IMG/VR virus record: IMGVR_UViG_3300046782_000740
Span: 1 to 62,775 of that record
DNA from: a virus
Taxonomy: Duplodnaviria > Caudoviricetes
Length of the DNA stretch: 62,775 nt
Reading direction: 5' to 3' (one strand)
Part shown: positions 35,899 through 45,761 of the stretch, one piece after another
Layout of the letters: each line of letters starts with the position of its first letter
How positions within the stretch are numbered: the first letter of the stretch is position 1
The notes under the pieces: model-generated
Database searches by the model: none
Seen by the model: the letters and a program-made list of their open reading frames with translations, nothing else
Told to the model about the DNA's origin: nothing
Program-made: the position numbers and the translations under genes

Positions 35899-37368
35899 AT
35901 GTCTACAGTAGCGTTCTACCCCTACCAGAAAGAGGGGATCGTCCGAGCGTATCACGCCATGCAGGACGACCAGGCACGCGGCGGGTTCTACCTGCAGTGG
36001 AAGCCTGGCATGGGCAAGACGCTGGGCGCCATCGCCCTGCACCGCTCGCTCAAATCGTCCCGTACCGTCATCGTCTGCCCCGTCGTAGCACAGGGCGTAT
36101 GGCGCCGCGAGTTTGCCAAGTGGCTGCCAGGCGTCGACATCTCAACCGAGGTCACAGCTACGGCACAGGTGGTCATCACCACCTACGACAAGCTGAAGGA
36201 TCCCAAGGCCAGCAACGGGCTGCACCAGCGTACGCTGGGCCGGGACCGACTGCATCGGCTGCAGGGCTGGGAGCCCGATCTGCTGATCCTCGACGAGGCG
36301 CAGTACATCAAGTCCCCGTCGGCCAGCAGGACCAGGGCCATGTGGAAGCTGGCAGGGGCCTGCAAGTTCAAGCTTCTCCTGTCGGGCACTCCTGCGCATA
36401 GCCCGCTCGACTGGTGGGCACAGTTCAGGGTGGTTGCTCCGCATGAGCCGGTGTTCATGCAGAACTTCACCACCTTCAAGCAGCAGACCGTCGTGCTGCA
36501 GCAGGGCCCCAACGGGGCGTATCCGCTGCGAGGTCGGGGCGGCAACCTGATCGTCCAGAAGGACGGCTACGAGCAGTTGATCCGAGCCATGGCGCCGTAC
36601 GTCCATGCGGTACCCAAGTCGGTGCTCAACCTGCCCGAGCCCATCGTCACCGAGGTGCCCATCACGCTGTCGCCAGCCGAGCGCAAGGCGTACACCCAGA
36701 TGGAGACCATGCTCCGGGTAGAGCTTCAGGATGCCGAAGGCAACCTGTCCGAGGCGAACGCCACCATCGTGCTCACCAAGATCCTGCGGCTGACGCAGAT
36801 CGCGGCGGGCCACGTGACCGACGAGAACGGCAACGCCGTCGACATCGGCAAGACCAAGCTCAACGATTGCCTGGAGCTACTCGACGAGCGGGAAGACGAG
36901 AAGGTCGTCGTGGCCTGTCGCTTCAGGCGGGACATCGCCCGTCTGGCCGAGGCACTCAAGGAGTCGGGCCGACCCTACCGGGTCATCGACGGCAGCGTGT
37001 CTGGCGGCAAGCGCACCGAGGCTGAGGACTGGTTCCAGAAGGAAGACCACAACGGGGTGATGATCCTGCAGTACCAGGCTGGCGGCGTGGCCATCACCCT
37101 GACGGCGGCGAGCAGCATCATCATGTACACGCTGACCCCGAGTGTGATCCAGTGGGAACAAACACTCAGCCGGGTACATCGAATCGGCACGACCACCCAC
37201 GTGCAGGTTCTCTACCTGATTGCCGAGCAGACCCAGGATGAGATCATGCTGGCAGCGCTGCGACGTGGGGCGTCTGCCGTTGATATGGCGAGGCTCCTGC
37301 TCAAGTACCTCAAGCGCACCGACGGCGGGGCGCCCGAGGTGCTGGCAGAAGACGAGGCGGCAGCCTGA
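35899..37368 (+). CDS. SNF2-family helicase
   Basis: YPYQ, PGMGKT, ILDEAQYIK, LSGTP, Q...RVHRIG. Start placed after the GGGAG RBS. Confidence 0.92.
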   Translation: MSTVAFYPYQKEGIVRAYHAMQDDQARGGFYLQWKPGMGKTLGAIALHRSLKSSRTVIVCPVVAQGVWRREFAKWLPGVDISTEVTATAQVVITTYDKLKDPKASNGLHQRTLGRDRLHRLQGWEPDLLILDEAQYIKSPSASRTRAMWKLAGACKFKLLLSGTPAHSPLDWWAQFRVVAPHEPVFMQNFTTFKQQTVVLQQGPNGAYPLRGRGGNLIVQKDGYEQLIRAMAPYVHAVPKSVLNLPEPIVTEVPITLSPAERKAYTQMETMLRVELQDAEGNLSEANATIVLTKILRLTQIAAGHVTDENGNAVDIGKTKLNDCLELLDEREDEKVVVACRFRRDIARLAEALKESGRPYRVIDGSVSGGKRTEAEDWFQKEDHNGVMILQYQAGGVAITLTAASSIIMYTLTPSVIQWEQTLSRVHRIGTTTHVQVLYLIAEQTQDEIMLAALRRGASAVDMARLLLKYLKRTDGGAPEVLAEDEAAA

Positions 37369-38408
37369 TGGCCAGCCCCCTCGATGCCCTGGCCTTCAGG
37401 GAGATGTACGGCAGGACGCTGCGGCGCCCTGACCGGGGCTACTCGCACGCCTTCATCGTCGCCCCGATCACCGACAGCATGACTGCCGCTGAGCGGGAGC
37501 GCATGATCGAGATCGTGCGGCAGAGCCTGTATCGCTGCATCGACTACGGCGAGATCTTCTACGTCTCCTCTGAGATGACGGCGTTCCTGCAGCGCGTGGT
37601 CGACACGCACCTGAAGGACCGCACGATGTTTCACGTCGACGTCGGGGATATCCCCAGCCTGACCGGGTTCGTGTACTTCGACGGCGACATTCAGATCCCT
37701 ACCATCTACAGCCCGACGGGCACGCAGCCTCTGCGCGCCATCCTGTGGGACCAGTATGCGTACGGCCCACCGCAGCGGGGCTTCGAGAAGACCGTCAAGA
37801 CGGGAATGTACTTCGGCGGGACCGAGGGCAACCTGCCGATGGAGGCTGCCGGCAAGGTGCTGTACACCGTGTGCGAGACACCCAACCGCGAGCAGCGTAG
37901 CGGGTACGGCCCGTGGAAGCCGCGCCACTGGATCCCCGTCGAGTTTGGCCTGCGCATCGACCCTGGAGAGGCCGTCAACACCGCTCAATCCGACCTGGCC
38001 TATCGAGACCTAGCGCTTACCCCAGAGCAGTTCGAGCGAGACGAGCAGGACACACAGACGGCGATGCTCATCGTCTTCCGCCTGCTGACTGCCTGGACGC
38101 GGGTCATCAAGACCGAGATCCCGGTACTCCACCCTGCCGATGCTGCCCACGACAAGGTCATGCACAAGGAGGGCAGGCCGCCGGCTCAGGTGAAGGTGAC
38201 TCACCTGCGACGCTACGCTGAGACCCCGCCGCACGGCATGGCCGAGGTCGACTGGGCCTACCGCTGGGAGGTCAACGGCCACTACCGCAACCAGCGCGTC
38301 GGGCCTGGCAAGCAGTACACGCGGAAGGTCTGGGTCCGAGGCTACATCAAGGGGCCGGCGGACAAGCCCCTGGTCATCCGCGACAGCATCACGAGCCTGG
38401 ACCGATGA
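37368..38408 (+). CDS. Conserved phage hypothetical protein (346 aa)
   Basis: C-terminal RWEVNGHYRNQ..G.....KVWVRGYIKG pattern; TGATG coupling. Confidence 0.8.
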   Translation: MASPLDALAFREMYGRTLRRPDRGYSHAFIVAPITDSMTAAERERMIEIVRQSLYRCIDYGEIFYVSSEMTAFLQRVVDTHLKDRTMFHVDVGDIPSLTGFVYFDGDIQIPTIYSPTGTQPLRAILWDQYAYGPPQRGFEKTVKTGMYFGGTEGNLPMEAAGKVLYTVCETPNREQRSGYGPWKPRHWIPVEFGLRIDPGEAVNTAQSDLAYRDLALTPEQFERDEQDTQTAMLIVFRLLTAWTRVIKTEIPVLHPADAAHDKVMHKEGRPPAQVKVTHLRRYAETPPHGMAEVDWAYRWEVNGHYRNQRVGPGKQYTRKVWVRGYIKGPADKPLVIRDSITSLDR

Positions 38409-38782
38409 GCCGCCGCAAGCGCGCCCCGCTGATGACCTTCGGTATGCCCAGGCCGTGCGTCGACTGCCCCTTCCTCGAACCGCGCGACTTCCCGCTGCAC
38501 GGCCTACGTGCAGCGGAGATCGCCGAGGGCCTGGAGCACGGCACGTTCGCCTGCCACAAAACCCTGGAGCAGGTGCCTCAGCAGCACTGCGCCGGTGCGC
38601 TGGTGATCATGGCGCTCAACGATGATTGGGGCGACATGCAGCAGATCGCCATGCGGATCGGCCTGTTCGATCCCAGCAAGCTGGACCTGAGCGTCCCCGT
38701 TTACCCCACGTTCGACGCGTTCGTGCTGGCCAAAGGCGGCACGCCCCGTCCCTGGAGGGCTCGCCGTGCCAAGAAATCCTGA
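38405..38782 (+). CDS. Cys-rich protein (DUF6283-like, 125 aa)
   Basis: PCVDCPF...FACHK...HCAGA. Confidence 0.7.
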   Translation: MSRRKRAPLMTFGMPRPCVDCPFLEPRDFPLHGLRAAEIAEGLEHGTFACHKTLEQVPQQHCAGALVIMALNDDWGDMQQIAMRIGLFDPSKLDLSVPVYPTFDAFVLAKGGTPRPWRARRAKKS

Positions 38783-41150
38783 CTGCCGACTGTGCCCTCT
38801 CGGGGGCACAGTGTTGAATACCTGCGTCTGGGGTGAATGGTGGGGCGACGTCGAGTACACCGGCCCCGCCGTGATGGTCGTCGGCATCAACCCTGGCGGA
38901 CGCGAGGACGCCGAGGGGCGCCCGTTCATCGGCCCGTCTGGGCAGCTACTCAAGGAGGCGCTGCGCCAGGCTGGGGTCAAGCGGGCCTACCTGACCAACG
39001 CCTTCAAGTGCTTCGCCGAGCCCGACATGGCGCATGCCCGAGCTTGCGCCGGCTATCTGGAAGAGGAAATCGCGGATGTCAAACCGGTTTTCATTCTGGC
39101 TCTGGGCAACGTTGCCGTGCAGCGACTGCTTGGCAGGGGTACGGTTGGCCAGGTTTCGGGTAAGGAAACTTGGGCCGCTAAGTATGAGGCGTGGGTACTG
39201 CCCGCATTCCACCCGGCTGCGATCCTTCGTGATCGTGGTCGGGAGAATGCCTGGCGGGCCGACATCCATCGCTTCGGGCGCCTCGTTCGAGGAGATCTGG
39301 AGCCACCGCCGAATACCCCACCGGTACGTGTCGATCTGGTTTCAACTGGCGGGCATCTCCGCGCACTGGACACGGCGCTTCGGACTGAGCCTGCCTTCAC
39401 CTACGACTTCGAGACCAACGTCACCCCAGGCTGGTGGCACAAAGACTTCACGGTCTACACGATAGCCTTCAGCTTCACGGGGCAGGAGGCCATCTGCCTG
39501 CCCATCGCCCACCCCGACGTCGACGCCACGTGGACCGAGCACGTGGTGCGCTGGATGCGCGAGCGGGCCCAGCCGCTGATGGAGGAGAGCGGCATCCGTC
39601 GGACGGTGCACAACGGGATGTTCGACGACCTGGCCTGGCTCAGGCAGACGGGCAGGCTTAGCCGGCCCACGTTCGATACGATGCTGGCGCTGCAGCTTCT
39701 CGACGAGAACGCCCCCAAGTCCCTGAAGTGGGCGGGCCGTGCCCATCTCGGCTGGCCCGACTGGGACATCAACGCGAAGAAGTACCACAGCCTGGCGGAT
39801 CTCTATCCGTACAACGGCTACGACGCGGCGGCGACGTTCCTGCTGCAGGAGATCCTGGCCGACAGGCTGCGCGACGAGCCGGTGCTGCTGCGCTACTTCC
39901 TCAAGCTGGAGATGCCCAAGCTACGTGCGCTGCAGCGGATGGTGGCCCGAGGCATCTACGTCGACAGATCTGCCGCCGCCCGGCTAATGCGTGTAGCGTG
40001 GCGGGAACGCGACGCCGCCGACGCCCGACTGCCAGAGGGCCTCAATCCAGCGAGCCCACGCCAGGTAGCTGCCTGGCTCTACAACGATCTCAAGCTGCCC
40101 GTCATCACCATGGGCAAGCAGCACCCCAGTACAGACGAGGCGACCATCAAAACGCTGGCTCTCAACTACCCAGGTGCTCGTGCCATCCTCGATGCGCGCC
40201 GCCCGAGGAAGAAGATCACGACGTACTTCAGGCCGATCAACCGCATGACCAAGCAGAGCTTCGACGGTCGCCTGCACCCGGACATGCGGACGACCAGCGT
40301 CGAGACCGGTAGGTTGGCTGGCTTCTTCCATACAACGCCGAGGGACACCAGCGTACGCCCCGTCTTCTCGGCGCCGCCAGGCATGATCCTGATCCAGGCA
40401 GACTACCGCCAGATCGAGGCTCGCCTGTGTGCCTGGATGGCGTGCGGTCGGCCCGACAACTGGGACGGCATGCCCACCAACACCATGCTCGGCATGTTCT
40501 TCGGGGGCATGGACATCTACATCGACTTCGCTGCCCGTGCGCTGCGCAAGCACACCAACGACGTCACCAAGGAAGAGCGCCAGATCATGGGCAAGGTGCC
40601 GGTGCTAGCACAGTTGTATGGCATCTCTCCGCAGGGGCTGAGGGAGTACGCCTGGAAGGCGTTTGAGATTGCCTGGTCCGAGGCGCAGGCCACCGCACTG
40701 TGGACGCTCTTCCGCCAGCGCTACCCGGAGTTCCCCGCCTGGCATCGCCTGGCTGAGGCCAAGCTGGTCCGGCGAGGCTACACTCAGACGCCCATCGGTC
40801 GCATCCGCCGTCTACCCAGCGCGCAGTCGTACCAGAAGGATGCTATCCGGGCGGGCATCAACGCCGAGCCGCAGTCGCTGGCGTCCGACATCACTCAGGA
40901 TTCGCTCATCGCACTGGATGCGCTGGGCGCCCGTGTGGTGGGCGACATCCACGATGCGCTGCTCATCGAGGTGCGCCGAGACCGTGGCCGCAGAGCCGTC
41001 GAGGTGATCAGGCAGACCATGCTGGACGCTCCGACCAGGCTGCGTGCGCTGGGCCTGTGGCTACCCGACGGGCTCATCGACGTGGAGATAACAGCAGGGC
41101 CCTGGGGGCTCGGCAAAGAGATCAAGCAGTCCAAAATATCCACACCTTGA
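38766..41150 (+). CDS. polA: Family A DNA polymerase with N-terminal uracil-DNA glycosylase (family 4-like) and 3'-5' exonuclease domains
   Basis: CxxC...VGINPG..ED..GRPFIGPSG...HPAA (UDG); DFET, HNGMFD, YNGYDA (exonuclease); ETGRL, ADYRQIEAR, K.....YG, IHDAL (polymerase). Confidence 0.93.
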   Translation: MPRNPDCRLCPLGGTVLNTCVWGEWWGDVEYTGPAVMVVGINPGGREDAEGRPFIGPSGQLLKEALRQAGVKRAYLTNAFKCFAEPDMAHARACAGYLEEEIADVKPVFILALGNVAVQRLLGRGTVGQVSGKETWAAKYEAWVLPAFHPAAILRDRGRENAWRADIHRFGRLVRGDLEPPPNTPPVRVDLVSTGGHLRALDTALRTEPAFTYDFETNVTPGWWHKDFTVYTIAFSFTGQEAICLPIAHPDVDATWTEHVVRWMRERAQPLMEESGIRRTVHNGMFDDLAWLRQTGRLSRPTFDTMLALQLLDENAPKSLKWAGRAHLGWPDWDINAKKYHSLADLYPYNGYDAAATFLLQEILADRLRDEPVLLRYFLKLEMPKLRALQRMVARGIYVDRSAAARLMRVAWRERDAADARLPEGLNPASPRQVAAWLYNDLKLPVITMGKQHPSTDEATIKTLALNYPGARAILDARRPRKKITTYFRPINRMTKQSFDGRLHPDMRTTSVETGRLAGFFHTTPRDTSVRPVFSAPPGMILIQADYRQIEARLCAWMACGRPDNWDGMPTNTMLGMFFGGMDIYIDFAARALRKHTNDVTKEERQIMGKVPVLAQLYGISPQGLREYAWKAFEIAWSEAQATALWTLFRQRYPEFPAWHRLAEAKLVRRGYTQTPIGRIRRLPSAQSYQKDAIRAGINAEPQSLASDITQDSLIALDALGARVVGDIHDALLIEVRRDRGRRAVEVIRQTMLDAPTRLRALGLWLPDGLIDVEITAGPWGLGKEIKQSKISTP

Positions 41151-41176
41151 CAATCGAAAATTGCCCGTGATATGGT
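41147..41176 (+). promoter_or_regulatory. Sigma70/SigA-type promoter
   Basis: TTGACA-N18-TATGGT. Confidence 0.8.
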
Positions 41177-41239
41177 TCTAGAACCTGTCGACCGACGACG
41201 TTGATGTTGCAGTAGGAACGCCAGGTAGAAAGGAATAGA

Positions 41240-42247
41240 GTGGACGTAAGCTTGTCTACGACGGCGTTCAACGATGCTGCCCGCTGCTTGAAACGCTATG
41301 AGTACCGATGGGTAGAGAACCTTGTCCCGAAGCCACGGGACGTTCGCCCCGCCATGCGGCGCGGGGTATGGCTGCACCGCTGCTTGCAGTTGCACGATCA
41401 GGGAGAGATGTGGACGGGAGAGCTAGCGCTGATGGGGCGCTGGGCTGTCGACCACGGGGTGCCTGAGAGCGACGTGCTGCAGACCATGCGCGAGACGTAC
41501 GAACTCGTGCAGGATTACATCGCGTACTGGGCTGGCCACGAGGAGAGCCCGGGACCGTGGCGTACCGACGCCACCGAGGTCAAGGTTGACTGGGAGCCCC
41601 AGCCTGGGGTCAGGCTGACCAGCACCATCGACTGCCTCAAGCGCGACGCCAGCGGCAAGCTGTGGATCTGGGAGCGCAAAAGCACCGCTGACATCCCCGA
41701 CTCGAACTGGCGGGGTGTCGATCCGCAGACCATGCTGCAGTACATCGAGGCCCGTGCCCGTGGCTTGCAGATCACGGGTATCGTCTTCGACTACATCAGC
41801 ACCCGCCCCGGTACGGCGCCCCGTGTCACCCAGAAAGGCGCGCTGTACAAGGGCGACGAGGACAAGCAGGTGCGCGGCAGGGCCTGGGCCCAGACCGAGC
41901 AGGAGCTTCGTGCCAAGGGTGCGGCGGAGAGCTACATCGACGAGATGCGCTCGCGCATCGTCAGCGACGGCTCGTGGTTCCAGCGCTACTACACCTTCCG
42001 TCCCGACGACAACGCCATGCTCACCCTGCGGGACGTCAGCGAGACGCTGCGCCACGTGGCCAGGGCAAGGCAGGCCAACTACTACCCTCGCTCGATCAAC
42101 CTGCTGGACTGCCGCCTGTTCTGCCCGTACGGCAAGCTGTGCATGCGGGAGTATGCGTTGGGCCGCAAGAGCGAGGCGTACCGAGAGGAGTACATGACAC
42201 CCGGCACAGACGACCTGTACTACATGGGCAGGACGGACGTCGAATGA
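41240..42247 (+). CDS. PD-(D/E)XK RecB/Cas4-like exonuclease
   Basis: RC..RY.YR, RG..LH, ID...ERKS, Q...Y, C.LFCPY..LC. Confidence 0.85.
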   Translation: MDVSLSTTAFNDAARCLKRYEYRWVENLVPKPRDVRPAMRRGVWLHRCLQLHDQGEMWTGELALMGRWAVDHGVPESDVLQTMRETYELVQDYIAYWAGHEESPGPWRTDATEVKVDWEPQPGVRLTSTIDCLKRDASGKLWIWERKSTADIPDSNWRGVDPQTMLQYIEARARGLQITGIVFDYISTRPGTAPRVTQKGALYKGDEDKQVRGRAWAQTEQELRAKGAAESYIDEMRSRIVSDGSWFQRYYTFRPDDNAMLTLRDVSETLRHVARARQANYYPRSINLLDCRLFCPYGKLCMREYALGRKSEAYREEYMTPGTDDLYYMGRTDVE

Positions 42248-43092
42248 CGCTCACCGACCTGTTCGTCCCAGCCGAGAAGATCACCGCCCTGACCCGTGTC
42301 AGGATGGGCATCTACGGCCCCAACGGGGCGGGCAAGACCACCTTCGCCAGCACCATCCCCGCCACCGAGCGAGTGCTGTACGTGAGCGTCGACGACGAGA
42401 ACATCCGTCCCGTCGCCAGGCTCAAGCACTTCCGGGTGGTGAAGGTGCGCCGCTGGAACGATCTGCTGATCGTCTACCAGGCGCTGGCTCACCCCCAGAA
42501 CAAGATCACCGCCGTGGTGTGGGACACATGGTCTCGCATTCAGGATCTCGCCGTGGGCAAGGTCTGCAACTACGAGCCCAGCGACCCAGCCAAGCTGAGC
42601 CAGTACATCAACGCCATCCCGAAGAACCCCAGCGACTGGCGGGGCTGGGGTCAGGTCGGGGCGCTCTGCTCTGAGTGGCAGCGCAACTTCAACCTGCTCC
42701 CCATCCACATGCTGTACCTGCTGCAGGAACAGGACCGGGTGAGGGATATCGAGGAGGACGTGAAGACGGGGCCACGCCTGACGCCAGAAGCGCTCAAGGG
42801 AATCAGGGATTCGCTCGAACTGCTGGGACGTCTGTACGTGGATCTGCAAGGGCCCGACCCTGCCGGTGCGAACGGCACCGCTGGCGAGCCGCTGATGCCG
42901 AGCATCGACTTGCTGGCTCCCGTCGACAACCACAACCAGCGCATCGAGGCCAACGTCAAGGAGGTACGTCGGCTGTTCATCGGTCAGCACGACCGGTACA
43001 TCGCCAAGGGTCCGACACATCTGCTGGGCAGGGTGATCACCGACCCCAACTGGGACAAGATCGTCCCGCCGCTCATGGCACAGGTGGCCTGA
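42244..43092 (+). CDS. AAA_24 / Sak4-like recombination ATPase (282 aa)
   Basis: IYGPNGAGKTT, VVWDT, WG, P.L, AK; lies between the exonuclease and the SSB. Confidence 0.85.
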   Translation: MTLTDLFVPAEKITALTRVRMGIYGPNGAGKTTFASTIPATERVLYVSVDDENIRPVARLKHFRVVKVRRWNDLLIVYQALAHPQNKITAVVWDTWSRIQDLAVGKVCNYEPSDPAKLSQYINAIPKNPSDWRGWGQVGALCSEWQRNFNLLPIHMLYLLQEQDRVRDIEEDVKTGPRLTPEALKGIRDSLELLGRLYVDLQGPDPAGANGTAGEPLMPSIDLLAPVDNHNQRIEANVKEVRRLFIGQHDRYIAKGPTHLLGRVITDPNWDKIVPPLMAQVA

Positions 43093-43268
43093 TGGCCGAC
43101 GCTGCGCCGGTGGTGGTGAACATGAACGCTCAGTGGACCAGTGGCTCGTCCACCATGAGCGTCACCATTTCGTTCGGAGCTACCGACCTGGCGGATGCGC
43201 TGGCGCTGATTCACTCAGCGACCGACGCCGCACCGCTGTTCAAGGCTTCCCTTGAGGAGGAGCAATAA
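43092..43268 (+). CDS. Hypothetical protein (58 aa)
   Basis: TGATG coupling; fills the gap. Confidence 0.55.
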   Translation: MADAAPVVVNMNAQWTSGSSTMSVTISFGATDLADALALIHSATDAAPLFKASLEEEQ

Positions 43269-43270
43269 CC

Positions 43271-43897
43271 ATGGCCTGGACGCCAATCGAGATTGATGGT
43301 TCCGTCGGACGTACCGACGGTGCTCGGGCTCGTGTGCCCGAGGGCTATTACCTGATCGAGTGCGAGGGTGCCGAGCCCACCGCAGAGGACTTCGAGAAGA
43401 CCGCCGGGATCTTCGTCAAGATCCGCATCGTGCAGGGCCCAGACGCCACGCCTGGCCTGGGTGTTGGCGGTCGGCTGCGCGACTACAACACGATGGGCAA
43501 GAAGGATGCCTTCTTCGCTCTCGGCTCGACGCTCAAGGCGTTCGGGCTGGGCGCCATCGCCAAGCAGTTGGAGACGCGGGCCAAGGCGGGGCAGCCGCTG
43601 CGGCTGGCCACGTACAGGGACTTCGCGGCCTTCACCGAGAACATCGCTCAGCGGCTGACCGGTCGCCGTGCGGTAGCCCTCATCGCCGACCAGCCTGGCA
43701 ACAACGGTCGCCCGTTCAGCGGGGTCGAGTCGTTGTTCGAGGAGGCCGACTGGGCTACGTATCGCACGGCACAGATGGTCGGGGCGCCGACCGCACCGCA
43801 GACCATGGCAGCCGTGGCAGCGGCTGGGTCGAACGGAGCGTCGTCGGCGCCGACTGGAGCGGCGGACCTGTTCGCCGATCTGGACGCGGCGCTCTAG
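43271..43897 (+). CDS. Phage SSB-like protein (DUF669-type)
   Basis: VPEGYYLIE motif; follows the Sak4-like gene; acidic tail DLFADLDAAL. Confidence 0.7.
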   Translation: MAWTPIEIDGSVGRTDGARARVPEGYYLIECEGAEPTAEDFEKTAGIFVKIRIVQGPDATPGLGVGGRLRDYNTMGKKDAFFALGSTLKAFGLGAIAKQLETRAKAGQPLRLATYRDFAAFTENIAQRLTGRRAVALIADQPGNNGRPFSGVESLFEEADWATYRTAQMVGAPTAPQTMAAVAAAGSNGASSAPTGAADLFADLDAAL

Positions 43898-44802
43898 TGT
43901 CCACACCCGAAGCAGGGCTGCGCGAGCGGGTTCAGCACCAGATTCGCCTGGACTATCCGCCTCGCCGCTCGGGGGTGCTCATCTTCGGGCGCCCCGCTTC
44001 GGGCTCGACTGGTGCAGGCCACCCCGATCTGTTCGGGGTGGTGCTGGGCCGCTACATCGGGCTCGAACTGAAGATGCCCGGCGGTAAACCAACCGACGTG
44101 CAGGTTGCGAGGATTCGTGATCTGCGCCAGTGCGGGGCTTGCGCATGGGTAGTGCGCTCTCCCCTCGAAGCCGTCAAGGCTATCTACCAGACCAAACAAG
44201 GAGCACAGGTAATGCCTGAAGATCCCATTGATTTCGACGACTGGCTGAAGGGCCTGGAGTTGGGCGGCACGTCCAACGAGATACAGGTGATTGAGTCTGC
44301 AGCGCCCATCGAGGACGCCGCGCTAGCATCCGGGCTGGAGGTCACCACCGAGGGCTCGCCCGAGATGGACTTCGATCCGCTGCCCGAGACGAGCGGCCCT
44401 GCCAGCCCCACGCTGGAGGCCGAGCTACTCAACAATCAGCGCACCGAGGCTTCTCAGATTATCGAGGCGGCAGCCGACGAGATCGAAGAGGCTGCGGCCA
44501 TCATCGCTGGCTCGGACGATCTCCGCACAGTTGGGGACCGGGTCACGCTGGTCTTCAACGCCGTGAGCGTGGTCAACCAGCGGCAGAGTGCACTGTACAG
44601 CCTGCTCGCCAACATGGCCAGCGAGCTTCTGATTCTGCGGGCTCAGATGAACGCGCTGCTGGAGGAGGTCGAGGTCAAGCAGGCCGTGCAGCCGATCACC
44701 ATGCCCGAGCCGCTGCCGCTCGACGACATCCTGCCGCCGAGCAACGGCACCGCACCGGCCCCTGCCGAGGTCATTCGACGGAGGCGTCGCAAGGCCACCT
44801 AA
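43897..44802 (+). CDS. VRR-NUC nuclease domain fused in frame to an acidic coiled-coil region (internal start at 44212)
   Basis: GHPDL...GLELK.PGGKPT..Q...I..LR..GA..WVVRS; AAGGAG before in-frame ATG 44212. Confidence 0.8.
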   Translation: MSTPEAGLRERVQHQIRLDYPPRRSGVLIFGRPASGSTGAGHPDLFGVVLGRYIGLELKMPGGKPTDVQVARIRDLRQCGACAWVVRSPLEAVKAIYQTKQGAQVMPEDPIDFDDWLKGLELGGTSNEIQVIESAAPIEDAALASGLEVTTEGSPEMDFDPLPETSGPASPTLEAELLNNQRTEASQIIEAAADEIEEAAAIIAGSDDLRTVGDRVTLVFNAVSVVNQRQSALYSLLANMASELLILRAQMNALLEEVEVKQAVQPITMPEPLPLDDILPPSNGTAPAPAEVIRRRRRKAT

Positions 44803-44828
44803 CTGTGCGATGATGGCCAGGGGATGCA

Positions 44829-45761
44829 GTGAATCTCTACGTCCAGGCTGCTCTGTTCACCGCCGTTGGCGGATGTGCAGGTGCCCTGGTGGTGGTGGGC
44901 TTGACCGGCCCGCCACCCGTCGAGTCCTCACCGCAGCCCACGGCCATCGTGAGCGTTGCTGAAATCACGGCGACGACCGCTGGGGCGGTCGTCGCCATGA
45001 CTGCAACCAGCATACCCGCGACGCCCTTCCCGGTAACCCCCAGCCAGGCGCCCACGACTACGGTTACGGCCACGCCGCAGCCGACGTCGACAGAGCAGCC
45101 CACCCCAGAGCCGACCGACACCCTCGTGCCGACACTTGTTATAGCCGGGGTCGTGAGCCAGCCGTTCGTGCGCGCGCCGACAGCGCGCCCCACTGCGACG
45201 CGTCAGCCTATCCCTGTGCCCGAGGTGGAAGTCGGCCCCGCAGAACCCTCAGAGGAGAAGGAACCGCCCCCCGAGGAACTGCCTTCAGAGCCGACTCCCA
45301 CGTCCCAGCCTACAGCTACCTCCTCGCCGTCAGCCACCGCCACGCCCAGTCCAACGCCGTCGCCAACAGCGACAGCAACGTCCACGCCAACGTCAACGCG
45401 CAGCCCCACACCGACGCGCACCCCTAGCCAGACGCCCACCGTGGAGCCAACAGCTACCCGGAAGCCAGCCCCGAAGGGTGGTCAGAGCGCGCCTGCCGCT
45501 ACCGCCGTTCCCCCAACTCCGCCCGCCACGCCGACACCAACTCCCACGCCGCTCGTACCCAGCCCCACACGTCCTGCAACCCCCACCACACCAGCACCAA
45601 CGCCGTCGCCAACGTCACCCCCAGCCACCGCAACGCTGGTCCCAACCGGTACACCGACGCTTCTTCCCAGGCCGTCACCGTCGCCCACCGACTGCGGGAA
45701 CAACGGCGCCAACTGCAGGACAGCGACGCCTATCCCGATCCCGACAGCGAGCCCGCGATGA
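44829..45761 (+). CDS. Membrane-anchored Pro/Thr-rich surface protein (310 aa)
   Basis: N-terminal TM helix, long PT/TAT repeats, terminal CGNNGANC. Confidence 0.75.
   Translation: MNLYVQAALFTAVGGCAGALVVVGLTGPPPVESSPQPTAIVSVAEITATTAGAVVAMTATSIPATPFPVTPSQAPTTTVTATPQPTSTEQPTPEPTDTLVPTLVIAGVVSQPFVRAPTARPTATRQPIPVPEVEVGPAEPSEEKEPPPEELPSEPTPTSQPTATSSPSATATPSPTPSPTATATSTPTSTRSPTPTRTPSQTPTVEPTATRKPAPKGGQSAPAATAVPPTPPATPTPTPTPLVPSPTRPATPTTPAPTPSPTSPPATATLVPTGTPTLLPRPSPSPTDCGNNGANCRTATPIPIPTASPR

Noticed and set aside
41240-42247. Cas4 as part of a CRISPR system
   Set aside because: No array or other cas genes. It sits in a standard exonuclease-Sak4-SSB recombination module.
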